A DNA stretch of 62,949 bases, filler included, from Welwitschia mirabilis (Eukaryota), in the NCBI GenBank assembly GCA_051453625.1. It is 5 parts of one record of this genome, joined end to end, with 100 filler letters (N's around TTAATTAATTAA, not from the genome) between each part and the next. Parts side by side here need not be neighbours in the genome. Positions count along the whole stretch, not along the records: positions 22,814 to 43,487 come from JBOZIK010000001.1; positions 43,588 to 60,431 come from JBOZIK010000001.1; 3 more parts are not named here. The stretch is one strand, 5' to 3'. A program made the position numbers and the translations under genes. The notes under the pieces were generated by a model. It was not told the origin of the DNA, did not search any database, and saw only the letters and a list, made by a program, of their open reading frames with translations. Of the stretch, positions 38,990 through 50,700 are shown one piece after another. Every line of letters starts with the position of its first letter. The stretch's first letter is position 1.

Positions 38990-41900
38990 ACACTAGGGTT
39001 TGTTGTGTGAGGGCCTTTTCTTGCAGAATTTGATGTCTCCACACGTCAGGGAGCAAAGCAAGTGAGCATAACAAGTGGAATGGAGTTGTCTTTTAGAGCA
39101 ATCAGAACAAGCATGATATTTCTATAGAAAATGGAATGCGTGTCGACAAGAGATAGATGGGTGGAGTCGAAAATTGGGGAAACTAGAAAATCCAAATGGA
39201 AGATGGTCTCTACTTCAAGGATCGCAATACATTCTTAAATCAAAAGAGAAATTGAGGGCAAGTTCTGGATTGTTAGATGCTAAATGGTTGAAGCAATACC
39301 TTAGTATAAAGTGGGAGAAACTCATTCGAAAAGCTCTCACCATAATACATCCTTGTCTTGGTAGTGGAATACCGGGGACATACAAAGGAATCACCAAGGC
39401 GCATGTCTTGTGGGGAGCTCTAAACAAAAGGTTGAGCAACCCACTAGTATAAATAAATACTATATGATTAACAAGGTTTTCAAAATCAAAATGAAGGAAG
39501 GTACACTTTTACAAAGCCATTTGGACAAGATGAATGGCTTGCTTGCTTAGATTGAGGATTTGGGCATAAATTTCGAAGAAGATCTTAGGTTAGTCACTAT
39601 TTCGAGTTTCTTGCCAGATTCGTGGGGACTACCTTGACTGCTGCTTTTAGAACTTTACCATCCCTCACTACTATCATCTCAAAGTTACTAGATGCTGATA
39701 AGACCAAAACAATGGATGCTCCTAATGAAGCATTGGCTGTTAGAAATGACTGATCTCAATCGAGAGGAAGATGGCACGGTCACAGACAAGGTAGAGGGGA
39801 GGGCTGCAAATAAGGACCTTAAATGTTGGTATTACAAGAAAAAAGGTCACGTGCTCAGAGACTGCGACAAATTAAAGAATAAACTTAGAACAAAAAGATA
39901 AGGGCAATAGTAGTGGTAAAGGACATGATCAACAGGACTATGAAACTAGTTAAGATCAGATGTTGTATTGATTGCTAGCGACAATGAGGTGAACATTTCA
40001 TGGTATTCTGCTCCCAACATTTGGATTTTGGATTTTGGATTCTGATGCATCATTTCATATTTGTCTAGATGCTTTTGTGTTTTGTACGCACGTTAACACT
40101 TCAAATCAGTATGTGTATTTAGGTGACGATAGACAATGTGATATCAAAGGAGCCGGATTTGTCCTATTGCAAGGATTTGATGGCAAAAGGTTATTACTAA
40201 AAAGATGTTTGCCATGTACCTCGACTCGCAAAGAATCTAAGTTTGGCAGGTCAACTTGATGCTTGTTCTGCAGTCTTTGGAGCTAGAGGCTAGAAAATCA
40301 CAAAAGGAGCGTGGAGTTTGGCATGTGGATAGAAAGAAGGTACTTTGTACTTGTTGCATGTAGATGCAGTGGGAGGCGTGGTGGCTGCGACTGATTATTG
40401 AGACAAATTTTTTTGGCACAAGAGGCTTAGGCATTTGAGTAAGACAGGTATGAAGGTACTTAAAAATTTGCTGCCAAAGTTTAATTTTGTTTTTTTAGAT
40501 TTTTGTAAAGATTGTGTTGTAGCTAAGTGAAAACATGAGAACTTCAAGAGATTTGTTTCTGATAGCAAATGTTGTCATAAACTTGATATGGTCTATTCTG
40601 ATATTGTTAGACCCATGCATGTTAAGTTATTAGGAGGCTCTTCGTCTTTTCCAACTTTTATCGATGATTTTAGTTTGTGACTTTTATCAATGGTTTTAGT
40701 CACAAGATAGGGCTGTTTATGATTCCTTTTAAAAACAAAGTCTTTGAAATGTTTAAACACTTTAAAGTTAGAGCAGAGAAGGAATCTAATTGTACTATTA
40801 AACATTTGTTGACAAATAATGGAGCTAAATATACCTTTAAAGAGTTGAAATGTGTTGCAGGGACGATGGAATTGTCCATCCTAGGAGACCACCATACACT
40901 TCTCAAAATAATGGAGTGGGTGAAAGATACAACAGAACAATGTTGGAAAAACCGCATTCATTGTTACAACATTTTGAAGTTCCAAAACACTTCTGGGAAG
41001 AAGCAGCAACAACTATTGTTTATCTCATAAACAGGTCTCCTTACATTGCTTTTGAAGGCGACGTTCCAAAGTTTGTTTGGAGTGGGAGAATGCCTTCTTT
41101 TTCTTACATTGCTAGAAAATGTTTGTTTCAGGGATATGATCGTGATAATCTTGGCTATCTGTGGTGGGATCCTGTAGATGGGAAAGTGATTAGATCTCAG
41201 GATGTTGTTTCTCATGAAGATCAAATGTTTTACAAATTGCAGGAAAAGGACAAAAAGGATGAAATCCTTGTTCTTTACGTTCCTCTTAGATATTCTAGAA
41301 TTTCAAATGGGAGCAATGATGGCAATGACGAAGCTGAACATGATTCGTCTGATGATGCTAGTGAATAAAAAAATGTACCTCTTGATGCACAATTGTCTAA
41401 TTCTTCAGATAGTGAGAATGTAGAGCCACTTACGTCTGCACACTGGGTTAGTATGTCTATTTGTCCAACTAGACCACTTGTTAGGTATTCTCCATCTTTA
41501 CATTGTATTTTGTATATTGATAAAGGAGAACCCAAGACGTTTTAGGAAGATATTCCCTCTTCTAACGTTAAAAAATGGAAAGCTGCTATGGAAGAAGAGT
41601 TGGACACTTTAAAGCATAATGACACTTGGGAAATGGTTTTGCCTCTTGAGAAGTGAGCATTGTGTAACATATGGATGTACACAATTAAGGAAGAGGCAAA
41701 TAGGAAGAAGCATTACAGAGCAATGCTAGTTGTAAAAGATTTTGGGCAGAAACTTGGTATAGATTTCACTGAAATATTTTTAATTGTTGTAAAACATTCT
41801 TCTATTTGTGTCATTCTATTTTTTGTTGCTATCTTAAATATGGAATTAGAGTAGCTAGATACCAAACCTGCCTTCTTGCATGATGATTTAGAAGAAGAGC

Positions 41901-43413
41901 TATACATGAAAGTCCTTGAAGGATGTAATGCTAATTGAGAGAACTTAGTTTGCAGGTTGAAGAGAAGCTTGTATGGGCTAAAACAAACACCAAGGGTGCA
42001 TGCAAAGAATCTAATATCTTTATGCAACAACAAAAGTATGATAGATTTGATGTAGATCATTATGTGTACCTTCATAGACAAGCTTTTGCTAAGATAACGA
42101 TATCATTGTTCTATGTTGATGACATGTTAATTGCAGGGAATGACGTCCATGAAATTAGAAGGCTCAAAGAGGAGATGGAAAGGCCTCGCAAAACAAATTT
42201 CTTGTTTGCAAAATTTCTAGAGATAGATTATGAGGCAAGTTGTGGCTAAGCTAGACAAATTGCATTGGTAAGGTTTTGAAATGCTTTAACATGGCTGATT
42301 GTACTCCTATTAGCAGTCCTTTGGCAAGCCATTTTCAGTTGTCTTTGGAGGATTGCCCAAAATCCAAGGAGGATTGTAGAAAGATGGAAAAGGTTCCATA
42401 TACTTTTGTAGTTGGTGCCTTATGTATGCTACGGTTTGTACAAGACCAAATATTTCNNNNNNNNNNNNNNNNNNNNNNNNNNNNNNNNNNNNNNNNNNNN
42501 NNNNNNNNNNNNNNNNNNNNNNNNNNNNNNNNNNNNNNNNNNNNNNNNNNNNNNNNNNNNNNTAGTTGTTTATGTTGATGGTAACTATGTAGCTTGTAGG
42601 GACAACAAAAAGTCTACCCTCGGCTACATATTTTTAGTGGGAGGTGGTCCTATCAACTAGATGTCTCGTTTGCAGAGGAACATTGCTTTGTCTACTACAA
42701 AATCAAAATATATTGCTTTGGCTGAAGTGGCTAAAGCAACAATCTGGTTGAAACAATTACTTTTCTGGTTTGGATTGAAACAATCACAATATGTGATTTA
42801 CTGTAATAGTCAAAGTGCCATTCATTTAGCTAAGAATGCATCTTATCATGCCAAGACAAAGCATATTGATGTTAAATATTATTTTATCAGGTAGGCATTC
42901 AAGGAGAGAAAGCTAAATATTCAAACAATGTATACACAGGCAAATATTGCAGATTTCTTAACCAAGGCAGTGATAGGAGTGAAACATCAATTGACTTTTC
43001 ACAATATATATTTGGAGCTGTGGTCTAAAAGCTTGGAAGTAAGCATCTCTTATAAGTTGTGTAAAGAGCTATTCTTGAAGACATGTCAAATTTGTCTTGA
43101 AGTGGGAGAGTGTTGTTAGTGAAGTTGAATCTTTTGTTTTTAATGTTGTAACGTTATGTTTTAACATCGGTCCCATTGTGATGTTGTCAAAGGAGACTAT
43201 GTTATTAACTCCCTGGGGTGTTATCAAGGGTAGTGGGGTGCGGGGCCGAGGTTGGCAGGGGAAGGGGAGGGGGGCAAGCAGGTTCTTGAGTTGGCTTGAA
43301 AACCCTAACCCTAAACCTATTTAACGATTGCTTAGGGGCTTCATTTGTAACTTGATTCATTTTGCTTCTTGAAGAAGATTAAGAGCTTTGTCTACTTCGT
43401 GTGGTTTTCCCGC

Positions 43414-43487
43414 TGAAGAAATATTGGGAGAAACCCCTTTTATTCGATATATCAAAGTATTTACAATACCCACTTATTTATAGGACA
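43414..43487 (-). mobile_element. Probable end of another LTR inserted into the Copia 3' LTR
   Basis: LTR-LTR homology stops abruptly at tgaagaaatattgggag (minus strand ends ...ttcttca). The segment runs into the linker gap. Confidence 0.45.
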
Positions 43488-43587
43488 NNNNNNNNNNNNN
43501 NNNNNNNNNNNNNNNNNNNNNNNNNNNNNNNTTAATTAATTAANNNNNNNNNNNNNNNNNNNNNNNNNNNNNNNNNNNNNNNNNNNN

Positions 43588-43815
43588 GTGCTGTTGCACT
43601 GTTGCTTAAAGGAACCAAGAGGCTAAAGGATTTTTGCTGCCTCTTGTGAGTGGAGTAGGCTGGGAGAGCCGAATCACTATAATTTGGTATAGTGCATTTG
43701 TTTCATTGTCTTTTGTATTCAATTGTCTAATTTAATTTGTTTTGTCAAAAGAATTTTTTAAGAACCCTATTCACCCCCGCCCCCCTCCTCTCTAGGGTAT
43801 TTGGTGATCCTAACA
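43588..43815 (+). mobile_element. Sirevirus-like LTR 3' end
   Basis: Ends ccctattcaccccc...tctaggg...tcctaaca, the reverse-complement counterpart of the terminus at 58283. Confidence 0.65.
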
Positions 43816-44004
43816 CTTCTAAGGTAAAGCAACAATCTTTCCCATAATGAGCAAGAATTAAGAGAAAGACCAATTTCATCGAATAGATTCCCTAAGAAAG
43901 ACCAATTGCATGCACTAGATTCCCTAAAACAGCATTGTTTCCTATGATAAGGAGGATATTGATTTAACTGAACATGATATCGCTCTCATAAGGTTTGGAA
44001 AAAG

Positions 44005-44106
44005 TACTGGGACTCAGATCGCATGTATGACGTATCCTCATGCCAATGATGTAGATACTGGGACTCAGATCACATGTATGACGTATCCTCATGCCAATGA
44101 TGTAGA
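44005..44106. repeat. 51-bp tandem duplication
   Basis: tactgggactcagatc(g/a)catgtatgacgtatcctcatgccaatgatgtaga occurs twice, with one mismatch. Confidence 0.9.
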
Positions 44107-45962
44107 TCTACATACAGTGCAAGTAGCTCAGTTGGTTACACCTACCTTGCAAAGACAATAAGCTAAGAAGGAGGAGTGGTTCCTTCAAACTGATTTTCTT
44201 TGTTTCCCCCATTGACCATAACTAATTATGCAACCAAATGAAGACAAACTAATCATAAACAATCAAGAATTCTAGACTTAATATGAGTTGACAGCCTCCA
44301 AACAGGATCATAGGATTGATTGGTTTAAAGGAAGGGCCCTAGACATGGGTTGGATGATTTTGTACTCACCATAAAAGATAAATCTGTGCTAGTCCTAGAC
44401 TGACATCCAAGATGAAATATAATGCTATGTGAAAAGCCCTGGTCAAGAGGATTTCTGTGTTGCAAGTAAGGGTTACCCATAGGAGGCCTAGAAACAATGA
44501 GCAATGCCAACTTATTTAGACTCCAAGGCTACTGACTATTATGCAAAGTGACAATGGAAATGGAAAACTTATCGTGAAATGATAAGGCAAATTTATTGAA
44601 AACAAAATCTATGCTATTAGAAAACTTGAATTAGCATAGAAATAAAAACGCCAAGGTGAAAGTTAAACCTTTGTAAATGATTCGAAGGCATGTTTCCAAA
44701 TGACGCATCCGAATATCATGTTCAAAGAGTTGGCAACATTGTTAGTGCTGAACATGGTACAGAACAATTGGGTTATTATTAACCACTTAGCTTAAAAGAA
44801 TCCTTAACAAATTACTATTCAAAATATTCATGCCTTCTCACTAAACACCTCCATGTTTCATCACTTCCAGATATATGATCTTGGGACACATAACTGATAG
44901 CACTGGTAGGAAGAAGCTTATGTCATGCAGTGGACTCAACTATATTTTTACATCAAGGGCATCATGTGATAGTGAATCCTAATAATTTCTTGGTTGGATA
45001 ATTCAAAAATTTGGCAACACATATTTTCTCCCAGTTATTTTCTAAAATAATTTGCTGAGCTGCATCGAGATATCGCTGACTTGATGGCAATATGTCTTCC
45101 TGTCATAAGTCATCCACGAGATGCATCTATGTGTTTTAGTTGGAGATTTGACAGTAATGAGGCTATAATTATGTCATTTTCTGATCTCTTTTTACAGCAT
45201 TACATGGATGTGTTTGAGCTTGTTTTCTATTCATCTAAATGTTTTAATTGGAGATTTGCTGGCAATGAAGCTCTATTTCTATCACTTTATATGGATGATA
45301 TACTGCTTTTCAGTTTTATCATGTCAACTACTCAGAGGCAAACCGGTTATTGTTTTACAAGAATTCAAAGGGTTTCTCATTAAAAACGGGTGGCCACTAT
45401 AGAACTAGATATATGTTATTTAAAAAGAAAAAGTTTATTCAGTGAATACATAAAAGAATAGGAAAGAATGCAAGTTTCATCTTAGTCTCAAGGCTGCTTG
45501 TTCTATTATTTCAACATATAGTGGAGCCAGTGCAACTTCGATTGTTGGTGCCACTTGAACAGTTGGTGGTTTGATTAGGTTTGGGTCATAATCATCTTTG
45601 GTGATGGGTGTGAACATCTTTTAAGTGTAAACATGGAATACAAAATTTATATGTATGTAAACTGAAACAAAGCATACCAAAGTTATCACTTTGCAGCAAA
45701 AGTAAAATCGATTATCTGTGTATCTTCCCTTTGGAGTGTTACTTGTCTGGTTTTTGCTGTAATAACACTCTTACATTTTTTAAAGGAGTTTTATGGTTTC
45801 TGACTTTATGCTATTGGATTATGAGATTCTAGTTTAGGTGTAAGTTTTTTTTAAAAAAAATTAATTTAAAAAAAGCACAGTCCCTCCTGAATCTTTATCT
45901 TTATGTCCTTTCATACAACTCAGATCCTTGCATAACAAACATTTTATGTTATTTGACTTAAG

Positions 45963-46043
45963 ATAGAAGCAATTCTTCAAGATCCATCTGGGAGGGGACA
46001 GATATCTAATATTGAGGCATTAAACATCCGATTAGATACCCAG
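45963..46043 (+). CDS. NSE1: NSE1 coding exon 3
   Basis: AAG acceptor. IEAILQDPSGRGQISNIEALNIRLDTQ matches NSE1 IEAI.QD...G.IS...ALNIRL..Q. Donor CAG|GTAATT. Absent from the ORF track. Confidence 0.9.
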
Positions 46044-46224
46044 GTAATTCATTGTAAACATTTTATGATTTCTTTGCTCCTATGCATTATAAGCTAGGTT
46101 GCCATGTCAGCCTGCAAAGAGGGTGTGTGTGTGTGTGTATGTGTGTGTGTCATATTTCCTAGAATGCTGCATGGTACATTTAAAAATTGTTAATATTGAT
46201 TATTATTTTGATCTCCACTATCAG

Positions 46225-46452
46225 GCAAGACAAGAGTCACAAAGCGATCAAAGTCAGATTCCACTGGCATTCCGCCAATTCTCAATGGCCCAAAAAGAAA
46301 AAACTCTTGAAGAGCTTATAAAGAATCGATGGTTAAGCTCTATGGATGAGGGGAGGGTTGGTTTAGGAGTTAGAGCTTTCATTGAACTGAAAAACTTATT
46401 CAAGAATTTCGATGTGCCATTTTGCGATGTATGCAATGAAGCAGGTATCAAG
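46225..46452 (+). CDS. NSE1: NSE1 coding exon 4 (second winged helix and first CxxC of the RING)
   Basis: CAG acceptor. Reads ARQESQSDQSQIPLAFRQFSMAQKEKTLEELIKNRWL...GLGVRAFIELKNLFKNFDVPFCDVCNEAGIK. Donor AAG|GTATTG. Confidence 0.93.
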
Positions 46453-46780
46453 GTATTGCGATGGACGTGTTAGTCTCTTTAACATGTTGCTTCTGTATTT
46501 TTTTTGGACATCTTATTACTGATGCAAAATGAACTGGAAATGACTGCTATTCTGCTTTGGATTCAATTACATAATGATTGTTACAGTGCTGTTGAACTAT
46601 TTCAGTACATTGTCATATCCTTAAGAGAAGTATTGAATAAATGATGTATGAGACATGCTCTTAGCATGAATGTCTGATGATGGTAATAATAGGCGCAGGG
46701 GAATGACAACTCTTGTTCTGTATAGACAAATTTTGTTTTATTTGTTTGTTTGTTATACTTTTATGCTAATACCATATGGT

Positions 46781-47133
46781 TGTAATAGTTGGTTAAATTA
46801 TACAACCCTTTGGGGTTTTTATTAAATTAAAGTTTTAACTTTATAAAAGGGGAATATGTTGGTTAGGAGCTATTTAGGGTTTGTTAGTTCATTACCCACC
46901 TCCATCCGATATACACCCCTCAAGCTTTTGAGGAGGGTGTTTTGTAATGTGTGCCTCATCGGTTTGTACTCTTAGAAGCTTTCCTCTCTTAGTCAAGAGT
47001 TTTGCAGTGCTTCATTGAGGATGTAGTTTAGAAAGGGGCCAACGTCATTAATTTTCTTGTCTGTTTTCTTTTCTGCTTGCATCTTTTTATTCTGGTTTTA
47101 TTATTGCTGCTGCTTGTGATAAGAATACCATCA
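46781..47133 (+). mobile_element. Probable solo LTR (Copia type)
   Basis: TG...CA ends. Shares the block ggatgtag.tt.gaaaggggcca....cattaa with the LTR-like region near 52968-53003. TSD only partial. Confidence 0.5.
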
Positions 47134-47776
47134 CTAGTTCTATGTTGTGGTAGCCCTCTAGGAATCTTTGGTGTTTGAGTTATGACAGGTTGTCTATATT
47201 TAAGTTTGAGATCTTCTTATAAAGTGTTAGTTCATAAACTACAATGAGTATATTGTTGAGCAATGCTTCCTATCTGAAACTGGATTGCAGCCAGGTTCCA
47301 TTTACACTATTGACTACGAACTTGCTTGCAAATGGTATATGATTAGAGATCCATTTTTTGCCCATTGTTGCTGCTACCTTTGCCTTGATTTAGTGACGAT
47401 TACTCTTTTTGAGGGGAGGATAATTCATGCTCAATAGGAAGCATCTCTTTGCCCTTTAGACACTAGCCCAATGCTCTCTATCACTTCTAGATTTTATGTT
47501 CACCATTTTCTAAATATTGATATGTTAGAAAAGCAAAGCTGGACTCTCTCTCTCTCTCTATATATATATATACATATATATCTTATTAGTATGCTTTTCT
47601 ACTTTATTTGTGTAAAGGTCCTCTGCCTTCATAATGTTGTTGGAGATATTCTTATGCAACTTATGTGGGTCAGGTGGCACATCAATGTTTATTCATGACT
47701 GTTTTAGAGTTTCAACCCTGATATGAACCTTTCAAAGGAAGGCATAGGTTAGGAAGAGGTATATTGTAATCATAGT

Positions 47777-50700
47777 TGATGATGGTGTTAAAAAAGTGAA
47801 GCGAAATTGACTTATATTTGCTTTGTAGTTCCCTTGTAATGTTATATTTTGATACTAATCCCTAATGTTATAAAAAGTGGCTATCTTACAAAATCACCTT
47901 AGGGTATTTTATGTCAAATGGGAGGTTGAAGTTGTAGTATTGTTTTTTAGACAGATTTGTATCTCTAGCGTCAGTTAAATTTGTATTTTTGAGGGTGGGA
48001 GGTGTGCTTATCTTCAAAATGTAAAGTGATTAATAGAAATATACGTGTGTTGGCTTGTTTTGTTGTGATAACAAGAGGCTTATAGTGATATCTAATGATG
48101 TAGGCTAGCAAGGAGTGGAACTTGTTAGATTTTTATGTGCTTCTTTCATTTGTGTTATTATTTTCTTCAATAAATGGTATTAGAACATAGGTTTCTTGAA
48201 TCGTAGGATTTCGAGAGTAGTCCTATATGCTGTTTGTCTAGAAGCAAAGCAAAGCATAGTAATAGAAGCAGAGTGGAACAAACTATTTGAGCATTGTGAA
48301 TGGAAGGAAGCAATGCTATGCAACATGGTATAGTAGATACACTCATGCTTCATGCACGTATTTCAAATTTTTTGGACAATTGTGAATTCGTTTTTATGGT
48401 TGTACCCTCATTTATTGGAATTCGTACATTATTTATTTACAATCCAATGTTTGCTATAGATGATGAATAGATTACTTAAAACTGAAAGTTGTAGTGTTTG
48501 CAAAATTTGAATGGAGGCTACCTTGGCTTCAACAGTTTGTGACATGGTTCTTTACCTTAAAGACTAAGTGGACAGGACTTCTAGATTACCTGATATGGAT
48601 TGGCTAAATCGGATGCCAAATGTAGATAGGGGAAAGGCCCTAGATAAGAAAATATTGCATTTTATTAGTCCATGTTTGAGTAGTGGCATTTTGAAGTTGT
48701 ATGCCAAGGAGACCTCAATTGTACAACCTTGGAGCACATAGAATCAAAGGTTTGCTCAACCTACTAGAATGAACTGATTTCATATAGTTAAGATAGACTT
48801 TAGGATGAAGATAAAAGAAGGTTCTTCTTTATAGACACCACTTGATAAGATGATCGACTTATTTGTAGAATTGAATATTCTGGAAGTGGCATTTCTAAAA
48901 ATCTTCAATTCATGACAATCCTTAATTCTCTCCCTAATATTAGAAAAACAATTCAAACTAATACTTTTACAATAGCCTTTACCTGCATCCAAGTTTGAAC
49001 AAAAAGATTTCAAAGCTATTGTATGTGGAGAAAACCATGCATGTTATTTGGGAAAGAAAGCAAATTACCAAAATCGAGAACACAAAGTAAAAGCAAGACT
49101 ATATTCACTTGTAAGATTTAGATTAAGTGAAAACAAATGGCTGAAATGAGCAAGAGCAACCTTTTGTTTGTTGGCAGTCAAACAATTCATATGGTAAATT
49201 TGTAGATGCTGATTGCTCATAACAAGGAATAAAATATTTCTCAATATCTTGTCTGAGATGTATGAATTCAAAGCTTCTTTTGATGTCTATCCACACTAAA
49301 ACCCTTTCAAGGCTTATGAAGCTATGTTAGGAGGTGTGGTTTACATTGGAGATGATCATCTTTTTAAGATAAAGCATTGAAGTTGTGGTCTGGAGGCACG
49401 GAAATGTGTAGAAATTTACCCCAACAAATCTTTGTCATGTTGTAAGTGTGGCAAAAAACCCATTTTTGGATTAGCATATTGGACAATGTTGGTTTTGTTA
49501 TTACTCAAGTTGGACTTCACAAGGAGCTTGGACCCTAGCTATTGGACTAAAGCAAGGATCCATTTTTCTCTTGAAGACATCTCCATGTGCTGGAGAAGTT
49601 TGTTATGAAGAAAGATGGTGTATGTTTAGGGCACAACTTGGCCACTTAAGGGAGAGGGATAGGAAGCTACTTTCTACTAGAAATCTTCTTTTCAAATTTT
49701 CTTCTCTCTCTTCATTTTTGCTTTACTTGTGATCTCGGTAAAAAGATGTCCTATTGCTCTTGTGTCTCTCCGTGGGGCTAGTTATTTTGTCACATTTCTT
49801 GATGATTTTAGTAGCAAAATATGGCTGCATCCTCTGAAGTCTAAAAAAAAAAAGAAATTTTTAATGTTTTCAAAGTTTTTAAAGCTATAGTTCAAAATGA
49901 ATAATCTTGTAAAATTAGACATTGTTGACTGATCATTTGGGAGTAAATTCACTTTGAATGGTTTTGAAATGTTTCACAAAACCAATGGTATCATTCATGA
50001 GAAACTACGCCAAGGACTTTGCGGCAACCCAAAGTTGCTAAAAGGCACAACATGACCATCTTGAAGAGAATATAATCTATGCTATTACAAACCCAAGCAT
50101 TTTTGGGGCGAAATTGCTAAAGCACTTGCTTACACCTACCTTAAACAATGATATCCCTTAGTTTTGTCGGTGTGGGAGTTTCACCCTCAGAGACATGATA
50201 AACGATGAGCTCAACGTGGGATCTTCGCCTGCTACAAATGATGTTATGTGGGGGCTATACAAGTTTAGCCTAGAAGCGTAGTTCGGGTTAGGGTATGCTC
50301 CATTAGGGTACTCTGTTCTTAGAACCTTTAGACGCATGGCGTATTTGCACTTGCAAGATGTTTCAAAATTGTCCAATGAAGCAAGGAGATGTATTATTGT
50401 TGGTTAGGATAGGGATCATTGTTGCTATAGATTATTGGATCTTGTGATATAGAAGGTATTTAGATTAGGTGATGTGTTGCGTGATGTCTTGTTTAACAAG
50501 GACATGAGGATATATAAAGTCACAAGATGCAACCCAAAATGACAAAGATTCTTATGTTAGCAGTTAGCACCCTCCATAATTCTATTAAATACCTAGATTA
50601 TGATGAGCTTTTAAATGAAGAGTGTAATGAAAATGTTTTGGGTGAACAACAATTTGAAGGGTAAGTAAGAAGATCACCTAGACTTGTCGACTCTCTTCAT

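Larger units (their letters stand above)
37168..38996. repeat. ~1.83-kb inverted repeat (arms 37168-38045 and 38079-38996, 33-nt loop)
   Basis: Arms align as reverse complements along their whole length at roughly 80% identity by eye, for example aaaacaagcattaggatt / aatcctaatgcttgtttt at the centre. Confidence 0.95.
36757..43413 (+). mobile_element. Decayed Ty1/Copia (Tork/Tnt1-like) LTR retrotransposon in NSE1 intron 2
   Basis: 5' LTR 36757-37140 (TG..CA), degenerate PBS tggtctcaaagg at 37143-37154, gag knuckle CWYYKKKGHVLRDC, protease ILDSDASFHIC, integrase PPYTSQNNGVGERYNRTMLE, RT LFYVDDMLIAG, RNase H YHAKTKHIDVKYYFIR, PPT agtgggagag, and a 3' LTR from 43111 that is cut at ~43413. Confidence 0.92.

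Noticed and set aside
44116-44150. A-box-like gtagctcagttggt suggesting a tRNA
   Set aside because: No B box or cloverleaf follows.
47941-47968. tag|ACAGATTTG as a candidate NSE1 exon 5
   Set aside because: It hits a stop after five codons, has no Cys ligands and lies in LTR-like sequence.
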